A DNA stretch of 63,612 bases, counting the filler, from Octopus bimaculoides (taxonomy: Eukaryota), in NCBI RefSeq assembly GCF_001194135.2. It is 6 parts of 5 records of this genome, joined end to end, with 100 filler letters (N's around TTAATTAATTAA, not from the genome) between each part and the next. Parts side by side here need not be neighbours in the genome. Positions count along the whole stretch, not along the records: positions 1 to 18,099 come from NC_068993.1; positions 18,200 to 34,051 come from NC_068997.1; 4 more parts are not named here. One strand, given 5' to 3'. The notes under the pieces were generated by a model. It was not told the DNA's origin. It did not search any database and was given only the letters and a program-made list of their open reading frames with translations. Below are positions 13,701 through 25,487 of the stretch, in pieces (the stretch's first letter is position 1; each line of letters starts with the position of its first letter). A program made the translations under genes and the position numbers.

Positions 13701-14020
13701 GCATAATGAAAATTTGTTAAACAGGAAATTGATTATGATAATTTATAATGAACTGTTGTGAAAATTCTTTGATTGAAAGTAATTTCAATTTTTGCTTTTA
13801 TTTATAGAATTTCTACTAAACTATTCACCAGATTGTATAAAATTATGTAACAACATTAACATAATGCATACAAAATGTATTTCTTAAATAAGAAGGGATT
13901 GAATTAACTGTTACTACGTGTGCTGTTACATATGGGGACACTCATACGGATACACTGGCTCATGTTCACATAGACATAAATGTATGTAGAAGTGTACAAC
14001 CACATGTATATGCACTCATT

Positions 14021-14403
14021 GTTGTTGGCACTCCGTCGCTTACGACGTCGATTGTTCTAGTTGATCCGATCAACGGAACAGCCTGCTCGTGAAATTAACG
14101 TGCAAGTGGCTGAGCACTCCACAGACACGTGTACCCTTAACGTAGTTCTTGGGGATATTCAGCGTGACACAGTGTGACAAGGCTGACCCTTTGAATTACA
14201 GGCACAACATAAACAGGAAGTAAGAGTGAGAGAAAGTTGTGGTGAAAGAGTACAGCAGGGTTTGCCACCATCCCCTGCCGGAGCCTTGTGGAACTTTAGC
14301 TGTTTTCGCTCAATAAACACTCACAATGCCCGGTCTGGAAATCGAAACCGCAATCCTATGACCGCAAGTCCGCTGCCTTAACCACTGGGCCATTGCGCCT
14401 CCA
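14021..14403 (-). mobile_element. SINE family A, full length
   Basis: Same sequence as 3953-4337; TSD tgcactcatt at 14011-14020 and 14404-14413. Confidence 0.88.
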
Positions 14404-14493
14404 TGCACTCATTACCACATGCATGAACACACACTGCTACATGGACCTATACTAACACTCATATACATACTGGTTCATGTAGGAATACATGTA

Positions 14494-14950
14494 CTAGGTG
14501 GTATCAAAAAGTTCCTGGACTAGTTATGTTTAATAAAAAATAACTAATTTACCAAAGTTTTACCATCATCTCCTTTCAAATAGTCACCTTGTGCAGCGAT
14601 ACATCAGTCCCAGAATTCCTGCCTCTTTTGTAATCTGGCCTGGAAGTCATTTTCCGTAAGTGAGTTGAGGATCTTCTGTGATTTGCTCTGAATCTTGACA
14701 ATGGTGTCAAAAATGACAACCTTTGAGCTGCACTTTCATATTTGGGAAGAGATGGAAGTTCACAGGTGTTAAATCTGGTGAATACGGCAGATGTGGAAGC
14801 GACACCAGGTTGTTTTTGGTGAAAAAAATCACAAGTGAGGAGAGCTTGATGACAGGGTGCATTGTCATCATGGAGGATCCAATTCTTGATGCTCCATAGA
14901 CCCGGTCACTTTCGCTGAATATCCTCCTGACAATGAATGATAGCATGAAA
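14494..14950 (-). mobile_element. Mariner 3' remnant with TIR
   Basis: Minus ORF has LPHLPYSPDLTPVNFHLFPNMKVQLKG. TIR aggtggtatcaaaaagttcctggactag; same family as 61462-62350. Confidence 0.8.
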
Positions 14951-15179
14951 CTCTGAGTAACAGCATGTGAAGACTTTGTTGGTTTTAATAAAAGCTTATT
15001 ATGATATCTTTGGTATCCAAGTACTATTTTTTTCCACTTATTTTTGTATTTTTGTGCTTAGTTATGTGTTTATATATATATATATAGATAGATATAGATA
15101 GATAGATAAGTATATATTCATACATAATGATTGTTCCATCATCACAGGTAATTGTGCTTCCTTGTTGACAATATCATTT

Positions 15180-15420
15180 CTGACTTACCGTCCATGACTT
15201 CTCAGATGATAATTCAGTCGTGTTGTAGATTTGCATGGTTTGGAACCTAAGTAGCAGACAAAAGTTGTAACCTAGTGTACACTTCCAACTAGTATGGTCT
15301 GCTGCCCATCTTACCACTTTTCCATTGTCGTAGGACTTTCAGCAGAGGAGACGACAAATGAGATCACCATAAGGTGACATCTGTCCATCATTAGATTATA
15401 GTGAGAAATGCTTGTACGAC
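15180..15420 (-). mobile_element. RTE-like LINE C-terminal zinc-finger remnant
   Basis: Minus strand reads TFVCYLGSKPCKSTTRLNYHLRSHGR*, cf. RTE terminal F.C..C.K.C.S..GL..H.R.H. Confidence 0.5.
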
Positions 15421-16323
15421 ATGAGTACCACTCACTGAGCCTAGTGACAGGCCAAAGCGAGATGACCAGTAATCACATGAAATCACGAGTTTTACATCAG
15501 AGTATCCATCTCCTAAATGGATGCTGAGACAGTAGCAAGAGGTCCCTCACTCACAGTATTTTCACTGCAGGACCTGACCAACCAACGATATTTTTGTGTC
15601 CCTGTACTCAGGTAGAATGTTATCTCATGTGTCAGTTAACCCATAGCTGGGACCCTGATAGGTGCTGCAACTCCAGATCAAAGCAAATCTGGGCACAATA
15701 GTGACTAAAAGGTGGTTACAAACACCTGAAAACCCTGGAATTCCTGAAGCAGAACCCTACTTCCAGATGCTGATTAGTCATACCCAACACATTCACTGGT
15801 ACATGTCTTCATACATACTCATGCATACTGTATTTTCTGGCACGCAATTTCAAATTTTTTAACCTAAATTTACAGTGAAATAATAAATAGGTTGACTTAA
15901 AGACCAAAATTTCCATGTGGAATGGAGCAGGATTTGGAATGACATTAATGATGTTTGAATATTTACAGGACACGTTTATACTATATGATATGTCAAGTTG
16001 TATGCCAGAAAATACGGTATGTGTACACAAGTATATACCACCAAAAAACTCACAAAAATACACGTGTTCACACACAGGCAGACATTGACACATACACACA
16101 GACGAATATTGATACAAACACAGAGAACACAACATCTTATACTCTACTCATAGATAGACATTGACACAAGCACATATACACAAGCACAAACATTTGCTTA
16201 ACCCTTTGGCATTTAAACCGACCGTGTCCAGCCCAAATATTCAAACTGTTTTATGTTCAAATGGTCAAGATCTGACCTTTTGCACCTAATCAAAAATGTT
16301 ATTCTAAAAGCATATAATTACTT

Positions 16324-17034
16324 TTGCTTGTTTGTCACCGCTCAACTCATGGACACAAGCAACAATTTCTTTACCGAATCATTACTGGTGACAATACATG
16401 GTGCCTGTACATGAATATGAAACAGCATAAGGAATGGCTTAGCCCTGGTAAACAAGCGACACCGTTCATGAAGCAAGATCTTCATCTGTGTAAAACGATG
16501 TTGTGCGTATGGTGGAACTAGGAAGGGATTAGCCATTACGAATTGCTTGAACAAAACCAAGTAGTCAGCAAGGAACTCTATGTTCAACAGATAGAATGAC
16601 TCACCATGGCTATTCAAGAGAAAAGACCTAATCGTCAGCATGGAGTTTTTCTGCTGCACTACAACTCCTACCTTCATATCGCCAATATGACCAAGGAAGC
16701 CTTTCAAATGCATGGCTGGGAAGTGCTGCCACACCTGCCATACTCTCCTGATTTGGCACCAATGGATTTCCACCTCTTTCGATCTCTTTCAAATGCTATG
16801 CGCGGAGTTTCATTCAATACTGATGCAGAATTATGAGCTTGCTTGGATCAATTTTTTGAGTCGAAATTGGGTGATTTCTACCAACGAGGTATTGAAAATC
16901 TTGTTGAATATTGGGAAGAAGTTGTAAACAACAAGGGTGAATACATTATTGATTAATTAGTTGTTATTTTTTATTAAACCTTTTAAAAAATTTAAATTTA
17001 AAAAAATGGCAGGCACTTAGTTGCCAACCCAATA
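16324..17034 (+). mobile_element. Mariner remnant (catalytic half, disrupted)
   Basis: IITGDNTWCLY, WLSPGK, KTMLCVWW*, LPHLPYSPDLAPMDFHLFRSL, with stops. Right TIR ttagttgccaacccaata ends at 17034. Confidence 0.85.
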
Positions 17035-17172
17035 TGTATATGAAAGGCATCATCAATTTCTGTCTTCCCATTTTACTCACAGGGGTACAATACAGGATGC
17101 CTACTGACAATGTGCACACTCTAAGACTCAACCCTGAAAACTCACACGCACACACATCTATCTTTCTGTCTG

Positions 17173-17208
<36 letters not shown>

Positions 17209-17872
17209 CATATATATATACATATATATATACACACACACACATACACTTACTAACTCCTACATAAAAAAGGTCATGCGGAAATCCAAAAATATATTCT
17301 TTGTTTATTTTGAGGTACAATTTAAATGCCGTATAAGTTTACAAATATTTTCTCTCTGTTGTTAAAATTCTTAATCTTTTCTCACTAAACTTCATGTATA
17401 TTTAGATGTACCAGTTAAGCATAAGTGTCACTGTAAGCAACTTACCCACTCCTCTGAAATATCTGGCTTGTGCCAAAATTTGAAACTAATATGACATTCT
17501 GTAGTTGCCTAGTGTCTAATTCTAAACAATACATATCTTGAGTGCTAATGATTGAACATAGCATGATATAATATAATATAGTATAATATAATATATGGTA
17601 TAATATTGAATTTTATCTCATGGTCACTTGAACTTTGACTTTCATATGAAGACATCATACGACAATCACATTAAATAATTTTAGAAAATAACTATTGGAT
17701 TAGGTATTGCCATGACATTTCTTTCTTTCTTTCTTTCTTTCTTTCTTTTATTTTCTCTTTCTTTCTCTAGGCATTTTTAAAGTTTTATTTTTTTACATTT
17801 TTCACTTAAAAAATTTAAATATCATGGCTTAACTTTCAAGAATATATTTCCAAAGTTAAAAAGTGCAAAATA

Positions 17873-17904
<32 letters not shown>

Positions 17905-18100
17905 CATCATCATCATCATCATCATCATCGTTTAACGTCCGCTTTCCATGCTAGCATGGGTTGGACGATTTGACTGAGGACTGGTGAAACCGGATGGCAA
18001 CACCAGGCTCCAGTCTGATTTGGCAGAGTTTCTACAGCTGGATGCCCTTCCTAACGCCAACCACTCAGAGAGTGTAGTGGGTGCTTTTACGTGTCACCCN
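17905..18100 (-). mobile_element. RTE-type 3' tail element ending in (GAT)n
   Basis: Reverse complement ends gcatggaaagcggacgttaaacgatgatgatg. Related tails at 6760-6930 and 60860-61070. Confidence 0.6.
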
Positions 18101-18199
18101 NNNNNNNNNNNNNNNNNNNNNNNNNNNNNNNNNNNNNNNNNNNTTAATTAATTAANNNNNNNNNNNNNNNNNNNNNNNNNNNNNNNNNNNNNNNNNNNN

Positions 18200-18308
18200 A
18201 TGCATGTGCCTGGTGTACCCTTATCAGAAGGGTAGTTATGATGGGTATATTGGGCTTCGTATATTTTACACCAGTGTCACTTTGATGGCATGCTCTGCTC
18301 TCTCACTC

Positions 18309-18373
<65 letters not shown>

Positions 18374-18950
18374 TAATAATAATGATAATAATAAATGACC
18401 TGATGCAGTACAAGGTAGTGGCTCCCATGGGTTCTGATCTTAACTGATTGGAAGTATTATCATGTACATTGTTTTGTCTTGGTATAAAAGGTGGGCTACA
18501 GCAAATACTACAGATTTGCTTGTCAGTTGTTTGACCTTAACCAGTTGAGCATGTCCCTTGGTGGCTGACGATATGTGCATCTCTGATCACGAGCAGAAGT
18601 AGTGGGGGAGCATTATATCCATGTGTTGAGAGGAATTCTTTGAAGTTTGGATAATTCACTTCTGGAAACATGGGTGCTTCGTTCAACATCTTTAAACAAG
18701 CCTTATTCAGGGACCTTTTGAGTGAGATGGGTTACTCAACCTGAAGAAGATTCTAACTGGGCCCCGCCTGCAAGGACATGTGCTGTTTATCTTGATATGA
18801 GACCACCATGTCGCTCACATGTGGTTGTGATGCATGTGCCTGGTGTACCCTCATCAGACGGGTAATCATGATCAGTATACTGCACTTCGTATATTTTACC
18901 CCAGTGTCACTTTGATGACATGCACTGCTCTCTCACTCAATAATAATAAC
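18200..18950 (+). repeat. Two head-to-tail retroposon 3' ends terminating in (AAT)n
   Basis: The ~115-bp block atgcatgtgcctggtgtaccc...ctctctcactcaataataat occurs at 18200-18315 and 18830-18948. Confidence 0.6.
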
Positions 18951-19170
18951 GATGATGATGATGATGATGATGATGATGATCCTCTCTAATACAGGCACAA
19001 GGCTTGAAATTATTGGGGAGAGGGATATTCGATTAAATTGACTCCATTACTCAACTGGTACTTACTTCATAGACCCCCGATATAAATAGAAGAAGAAGAA
19101 GAAGAAGAAGAAGAAGAAGAAGAAGAAGAAGAAGAAGAAGAAGAAGAAGAAGAAGAAGAAGAAGAAGAAG

Positions 19171-19206
<36 letters not shown>

Positions 19207-20115
19207 AACAACAACAACAACAACAAGAGGAAGGGCGCTATACGATTTGTACTCTGATCATAAGAATTGAACAATATTCCGACAAATTTTTTGTCTTTCT
19301 CGAGTTCACAATGAAACAATGAAACAAAGAAAAAAAAAGTAGGAAATATATATATTCAAAATACGAAACTGAATATCTTGCATTCTTTTTGAGACAATAC
19401 GACGTAATCAATTTTCTCTTCGTAACTAATGTGACAGAACACGAAGAAGGAGAAAGAAAAAGAAAGACATAAATGATTTGCTCATTCCTCCAGGGCGTGA
19501 ACTTCGTACTTCATGAATATAAATATACTTATGTGTTCCGATAGCTGAAAGCGCTGTGGCATCAGAATATCTTCTGAGAATGTTCACTTACAAGTGTTCC
19601 TCAAATTTACAGTCGTTTGTTGTGAAATGTTCGGCAATTTCCACCGAGCTACTGTCATTGTGTCTGGTGCATAATCTATGCCCATTGAATTTTTATTTAA
19701 TTGTTCTCTTGTGCAACAAACATAAATCAACTTGGGTTTAGTGCATTCCGCTGCCTACATCAAATAGGAATCCTTACCGGTTGTGCTTTCGGCATAGATC
19801 ATTAGATTTCGATTATAATTTGTAATTGAATTGACTTGATTCATATTACACAGTGAACAAGGCTTACTTCTCTTGTGGCTGGGTTTTTTCCGGATACAGC
19901 ATGCAGAAATTCCACCGGTGGTTTTTATTGGAATGAGAGGTAGTGGTTAGTAGTTCTCTTATATTTTCATTGCGTCTTAAGTCTACAATAGGCAAATGAA
20001 GAACTGTGATTGTAATAAAATCTAGCTGCATACCATGTTTGCTACAATACCTTACAGCACCTTACCGTTCTCATTTAACTGACTAACGTTTATATCTTTT
20101 ATTACATTACTACAG

Positions 20116-20343
20116 GGTGTCCAGTAAGCGTCATTTATGGCGCCAAATTCGATGAACATAATGCTGCAGCTGGGCAAGTTAAACCATTATTAGATTGCCT
20201 ACAGAGTTGCTATCAAGAACCTCAGTGCAATGCTGTCACATACAATTTGGACTCAAGCCTCTGCATCATGACCAATTATACATCTCTCAATGCCACAGTT
20301 ATCATAGTACATAATCACTGGCTACATATTGAATTCATAAAAT
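20116..20343 (+). CDS. Coding exon, PAN/Apple-like domain (type B), phase 1-1
   Basis: tactacag| ... AAAT|gtgagt; 228 nt, open: GCPVSVIYGAKFDEHNAAAGQVKPLLDCLQSCYQEPQCNAVTYNLDSSLCIMTNYTSLNATVIIVHNHWLHIEFIK. C-x3-C-x5-C-x11-C; homologous to exon 30044-30274. Confidence 0.85.
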
Positions 20344-20624
20344 GTGAGTCGATATTTGTTTACCTCTTTCTCAGTAATATATCGCGTCTGCTCAGGACGG
20401 CGAACAAGCAGAATCATTAGCACGCCGGGCGAAATGCTTAACGGTATTTCGTTCTGAGTTCAAATTCCACCGAGGTCGACTTTGCCTTTCATCCTTTCGA
20501 GGTCGATTAAATAAGTACCAGCTACGCACTGGGGTCGATGTAATCGACTTAATCCCTTTGTCTATCATTGTTTGTCCCTCTTTGTGGGCAATAAAGAAAT
20601 AAATACATCATATGTGCTATATAT

Positions 20625-20964
20625 TGTTGTTGGCACTCCGTCGCTTACGACGTCAAGGTTTCCAGTTGATCCGATCAACGGAACAGCCTGCTCGTGAAAT
20701 TAACGTGCAAGTGGCTGAGCACTCCACAGACACGTGTACCCTTAACGTAGTTCTCGAAGATATTCAGCGTGACACAGTGTGACAAGGTTGGCCCTTTAAA
20801 ATACAGGTAGAACATAAACAGGAAGTAAGAGTGAGAGAAAGTTGTGGTGAAAGAGTACAGCAGGTGTTCGGCACCATCCCCTGCCGGAGCCTCGTGGAGC
20901 TTTTAGGTGTTTTCGCTCAATAAACACTCACAACGCCCGGTCTGGGAATCGAAACCGCGATCCT
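20625..20964 (-). mobile_element. SINE family A, head lost in gap
   Basis: Near-identical to the other family A copies up to the N-run. Confidence 0.85.
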
Positions 20965-21899
20965 NNNNNNNNNNNNNNNNNNNNNNNNNNNNNNNNNNNN
21001 NNNNNNNNNNNNNNNNNNNNNNNNNNNNNNNNNNNNNNNNNNNNNNNNNNNNNNNNNNNNNNNNNNNNNNNNNNNNNNNNNNNNNNNNNNNNNNNNNNNN
21101 NNNNNNNNNNNNNNNNNNNNNNNNNNNNNNNNNNNNNNNNNNNNNNNNNNNNNNNNNNNNNNNNNNNNNNNNNNNNNNNNNNNNNNNNNNNNNNNNNNNN
21201 NNNNNNNNNNNNNNNNNNNNNNNNNNNNNNNNNNNNNNNNNNNNNNNNNNNNNNNNNNNNNNNNNNNNNNNNNNNNNNNNNNNNNNNNNNNNNNNNNNNN
21301 NNNNNNNNNNNNNNNNNNNNNNNNNNNNNNNNNNNNNNNNNNNNNNNNNNNNNNNNNNNNNNNNNNNNNNNNNNNNNNNNNNNNNNNNNNNNNNNNNNNN
21401 NNNNNNNNNNNNNNNNNNNNNNNNNNNNNNNNNNNNNNNNNNNNNNNNNNNNNNNNNNNNNNNNNNNNNNNNNNNNNNNNNNNNNNNNNNNNNNNNNNNN
21501 NNNNNNNNNNNNNNNNNNNNNNNNNNNNNNNNNNNNNNNNNNNNNNNNNNNNNNNNNNNNNNNNNNNNNNNNNNNNNNNNNNNNNNNNNNNNNNNNNNNN
21601 NNNNNNNNNNNNNNNNNNNNNNNNNNNNNNNNNNNNNNNNNNNNNNNNNNNNNNNNNNNNNNNNNNNNNNNNNNNNNNNNNNNNNNNNNNNNNNNNNNNN
21701 NNNNNNNNNNNNNNNNNNNNNNNNNNNNNNNNNNNNNNNNNNNNNNNNNNNNNNNNNNNNNNNNNNNNNNNNNNNNNNNNNNNNNNNNNNNNNNNNNNNN
21801 NNNNNNNNNNNNNNNNNNNNNNNNNNNNNNNNNNNNNNNNNNNNNNNNNNNNNNNNNNNNNNNNNNNNNNNNNNNNNNNNNNNNNNNNNNNNNNNNNNN

Positions 21900-21937
<38 letters not shown>

Positions 21938-22255
21938 GTATGTATGTGTATATGTTTGTGTGTCTGTGTTTGTCCCCCCAATATCGCTTGACAACCGATG
22001 CTGGTGTGTTTGCGTCGCCGTAACTTAACGGTGCGACAACAGTGACTGATAGAATAAGTACTAGGCTTACAAAGAATAAGTCCTGGGGTCGATTTGCTCG
22101 ACTAAAGGCGGTGCTCCAGCATGGCCACAGTCAAATGACTGAAACAAGTAAAAGAGTAAAAGAGTAAAGAGTATATGAGGGTATATGGTTTGTATACATA
22201 CAAATGTTTGTGTAACGATATCAGTAAATATATGTATTTCGTGCTTTACTTTTAG

Positions 22256-22348
22256 CCTACAAGTTCCAAATACAGTATAATCTTGATCGTATTAAGTCAC
22301 CTGCAAACTGCACTTTGAGAAATTTACGTTTGGCTTACTTTAAAAACG
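22256..22348 (+). CDS. Candidate 93-nt linker exon, phase 1-1
   Basis: ttcgtgctttacttttag| ... AACG|gtaaat; open in the frame joining 20343 to 25291: SYKFQIQYNLDRIKSPANCTLRNLRLAYFKN. No domain recognised. Confidence 0.4.
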
Positions 22349-22439
22349 GTAAATAATATATTTTCACAGCGGTTACGACATTTTATTTATTTATTTATTT
22401 ATTTTGCAGTGAATATTTGTTTATCTATTTTATACCGCA

Positions 22440-22820
22440 GTGGAGACGCAATGGCCCAGTGGTTAGGGCAGCGAACTCGCGGTCATTGGATCGCGGTTTC
22501 GATTCCCAGACCGGGCGCTGTGAGTGTTTATTGAGCGTAAACACCTAAAGCTCCACGAGGCTCCGGCAGGGGATGGTGGCGAACCCTACTGTACTCTTTC
22601 ACCACAACTTTCTCTCACTCTTACTTCCTGTTTCTGTTGTGCCTGTAATTCAAAGAGTCAGCCTTGTCACACTGTGTCACGCTGAATATCCCCGAGAACT
22701 ACGTTAAGGGTACACGTGTCTGTGGAGTGCTCAGCCACTTGCATGTTAATTTCACGAGCAGGCTGTTCCGTTGATCGGATCGACTTGAACCCTCGATGTC
22801 GTAAGCGACGGAGTACCAAC
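22440..22820 (+). mobile_element. SINE family A, full length
   Basis: A/B boxes present; TSD attttatacc at 22427-22436 and 22821-22830. Confidence 0.88.
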
Positions 22821-24097
22821 ATTTTATACCATAATATCAAAGGCGCTTGGCTTAATGGTTAAGGTATTGCAATTACAATCATTAGGTTCTTGTTTCAATT
22901 CCCGGACGGGCAAAGCGATGTATTCTTGAACAACATATTTTAGATGGCAGTGCTCCAGTTCACTCCAGTATAAATGAATTGCAGCAACACATGGGAATTT
23001 AAATGTGCGAAGGAAGAGCGTCCAGTTCATGGGGACGTTGTAATCTTGGTCTCTCATATGAGTAGAAAAAAAGATAGGTTAATCTGCAGCCTTGTGGGTC
23101 CCATGGCTCAAATCAGACATAAGTACTAAGTAAGCCTATAAAGAATACCATAGCAGTCACTGCCAAGCAAATGTGACCTGGTAGCATATAACAAGTTTTC
23201 ACCAGTTGTTTCAAATTCTGAAGTAGTTGCGAGCAAATATAAACACCCTGTTAGGAGAACATGGAGTATGTGAAAGGCAGAGAGATAACTAGAGAGAGAG
23301 AGAGAGAGAGAGAGGGAGAAGAGGAGAGGGAGAGGGAGAGACAGAAAGGGACAGGGAAAGAGAGAGAGAGAGAAAGGGTTACGTCAGTACTAATTTATGC
23401 GCGTAATGAAGTACTTTGCTTTAGGACCAACATTCGGCGTCATACATGAATAGAATCTACGATCTTATTGTGAAGCCAAAACCGTACCACATGGTTGGGG
23501 AAATGTCAGCATCATTAAATGCTGGGTAGACTGCATCATTCTCACATTTCAAGTCCCGCCAAATTCAACTTAGCCTTTCATTTTTTCGAGATCAATAAAA
23601 AAGGCACCAATCGAGGGTAGTGGCTTGGCAGAACTGGCATGGGGACCGGTTAAATATTTTGTGAAAATAGTCCCGGTTCCATTTCAATTTCTCGGCACTT
23701 CGTTCCCTTTCTCTTGAATAAACATTGGTAGCACAAAGAGAGGAATATTACTTGAATTTTCAACTGCTTGTCTTTCTCAAAGCAAGTCTTGTTCAATCCT
23801 GAAAATATATGTCCAGGCGTAGGAACAGCTTTAACTGAGAGACCCTGACAAATAGTATCATTAATCACGGGTTTACAACGGTTAATAACTTGTTCATTGC
23901 ATCTGTGCATGTTAGAAAATAAGGGAGCGTCTATAACTAGATACAAAATAAATATGTAAACAACATTGTAAAGATATTTTTTTGATGGGTTTACCAGCAC
24001 CGGTTCATTAGTGCAAAATATATACACTCACGCATACTTGTGAATTTATGTATACACATACATACATATATAGTTACATACATAAATACATGGATAC

Positions 24098-24208
<111 letters not shown>

Positions 24209-24753
24209 TGTGTGCGTGTGTGTGTGCATTATCCATGGATGAATATGTATAAACCCATGGATAAATATCCAATGGATTCTGAGAATCGAGGAATGCATTT
24301 TTCTTTTATTGATAAAAATTCCAAGTAGTACCTTATCAGAAACCATTTTCCGCTCCATTTCTCAACACGTATGGTTCAGTGAGCAAGTAGTCTCGTAGAG
24401 AATAGCTCTAATATTGCATCCAGTTTCACACTGGAAACAATCGGTAAACCTCCTCCACGTCTACCATTTTCTACCGTACCATTCCAGCTCCATCAACTTA
24501 CAAGCATACACAACAGTTGTGAAAGTACCTTTAGTCACTTCAATCAAACACGGTCACTCAACTTGTTGGTCTCTCGCTTATAATCTTTAAACAACGCCCC
24601 TTAACAAACCCAAAGCCACTGCACTTTCCATTTTCTATTCCTCTATGTACGAATCAACTTTCATATGTTGTCTCAGAAACGTCAGCCATTCTAACTCTGT
24701 CAATTAGTATCATATTGCACTTACTTCTCATATATCTAAGGTAATATTTATAA

Positions 24754-25140
24754 GTGGAGGCGCAATGGCCCAGTGGTTAGGGCAGCGGACTCGCGGTCAT
24801 TGGATCGCGGTTTCGATTCCCAGACCGGGCGTTTGAGTGTTTATTGAGCGAAAACACCTAAAAGCTCCACGAGGCTCCTACAGGGAATGGTGGCGAACCC
24901 TGCTGTACTCTTTCACCACAACTTTCTCTCACTCTTACTTCCTGTTTCTGTTGTGCCTGTAATTCAAAGGGTCAGCCTTGTCACACTGTGTCACGCTGAA
25001 CATCCCCGAGAACTACGTTAAGGGTACACGTGTCTGTGGAGTGCTCAGCCACTTGCACGTTAATTTCACGAGCAGGCTGTTCCGTTGATCGCATCAACTG
25101 GAACCCTCGACGTCGTAAGCATCGGAGTGCCAACAACAAC
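24754..25140 (+). mobile_element. SINE family A, full length
   Basis: gtggaggcgcaatggcccagtggttagggcagcggactcgcggtc ... gtgccaacaacaac. Confidence 0.88.
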
Positions 25141-25290
25141 AAAATATTTATTAATCCATACAAACATATTCTTACATACTTAAGTATGTTCACAAACATA
25201 TAAATTTACTTACACCATCATAAATACGAAAATATTATAGAATGTTAATTAACTTTCAGATTCTTTTTTGTTTTTTTTTTCTTTTCACAG

Positions 25291-25487
25291 AAGCAAACGG
25301 AAGTGGTGTGACACGGACCAACAGATACACAAGAAAAATGAACTCAAAGACTTTTTTTAAAACATTAAGGGGATCAAAATATAAATTCCAAAGCAGAATC
25401 TCCTGTGCCGCTTCTTGTGATTTATTGAAAAGATGTATCGGCTTCATTTATGTAAATGAGAAATGTATCCTTAAAACTGAGTACTGA
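25291..25487 (+). CDS. Coding exon, PAN/Apple-like domain (type C); terminal or frameshifted
   Basis: Long pyrimidine tract ...cttttcacag|; phase 1: EANGSGVTRTNRYTRKMNSKTFFKTLRGSKYKFQSRISCAASCDLLKRCIGFIYVNEKCILKTEY*. C-x3-C-x5-C-x9-C; homologous to exon 33051-33283. Confidence 0.8.

Noticed and set aside
13809-13890. Acceptor followed by DCIKLC..C, a possible extra PAN exon
   Set aside because: Wrong Cys spacing and an early stop.
18144-18155. ttaattaattaa islands inside N-runs (also 34096, 44111, 57592, 60418)
   Set aside because: Identical 12-mer giving stops in all six frames, centred in gaps: an assembly spacer, not biology.
19854-19939. Hydrophobic frame (GLLLLWLGFF...) as signal exon for exon 20116
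   Set aside because: No ATG, needs an unknown phase-2 upstream exon, weak gtagtg donor.
20903-22028. Long ORFs spanning N-runs (also ~32 kb, 47-51 kb, 54 kb, 62.5 kb)
   Set aside because: Open only because N codons are not stops.
22440-22515. tRNA-Arg gene
   Set aside because: It is the head of SINE family A (body, tail and TSD present), not a stand-alone tRNA.
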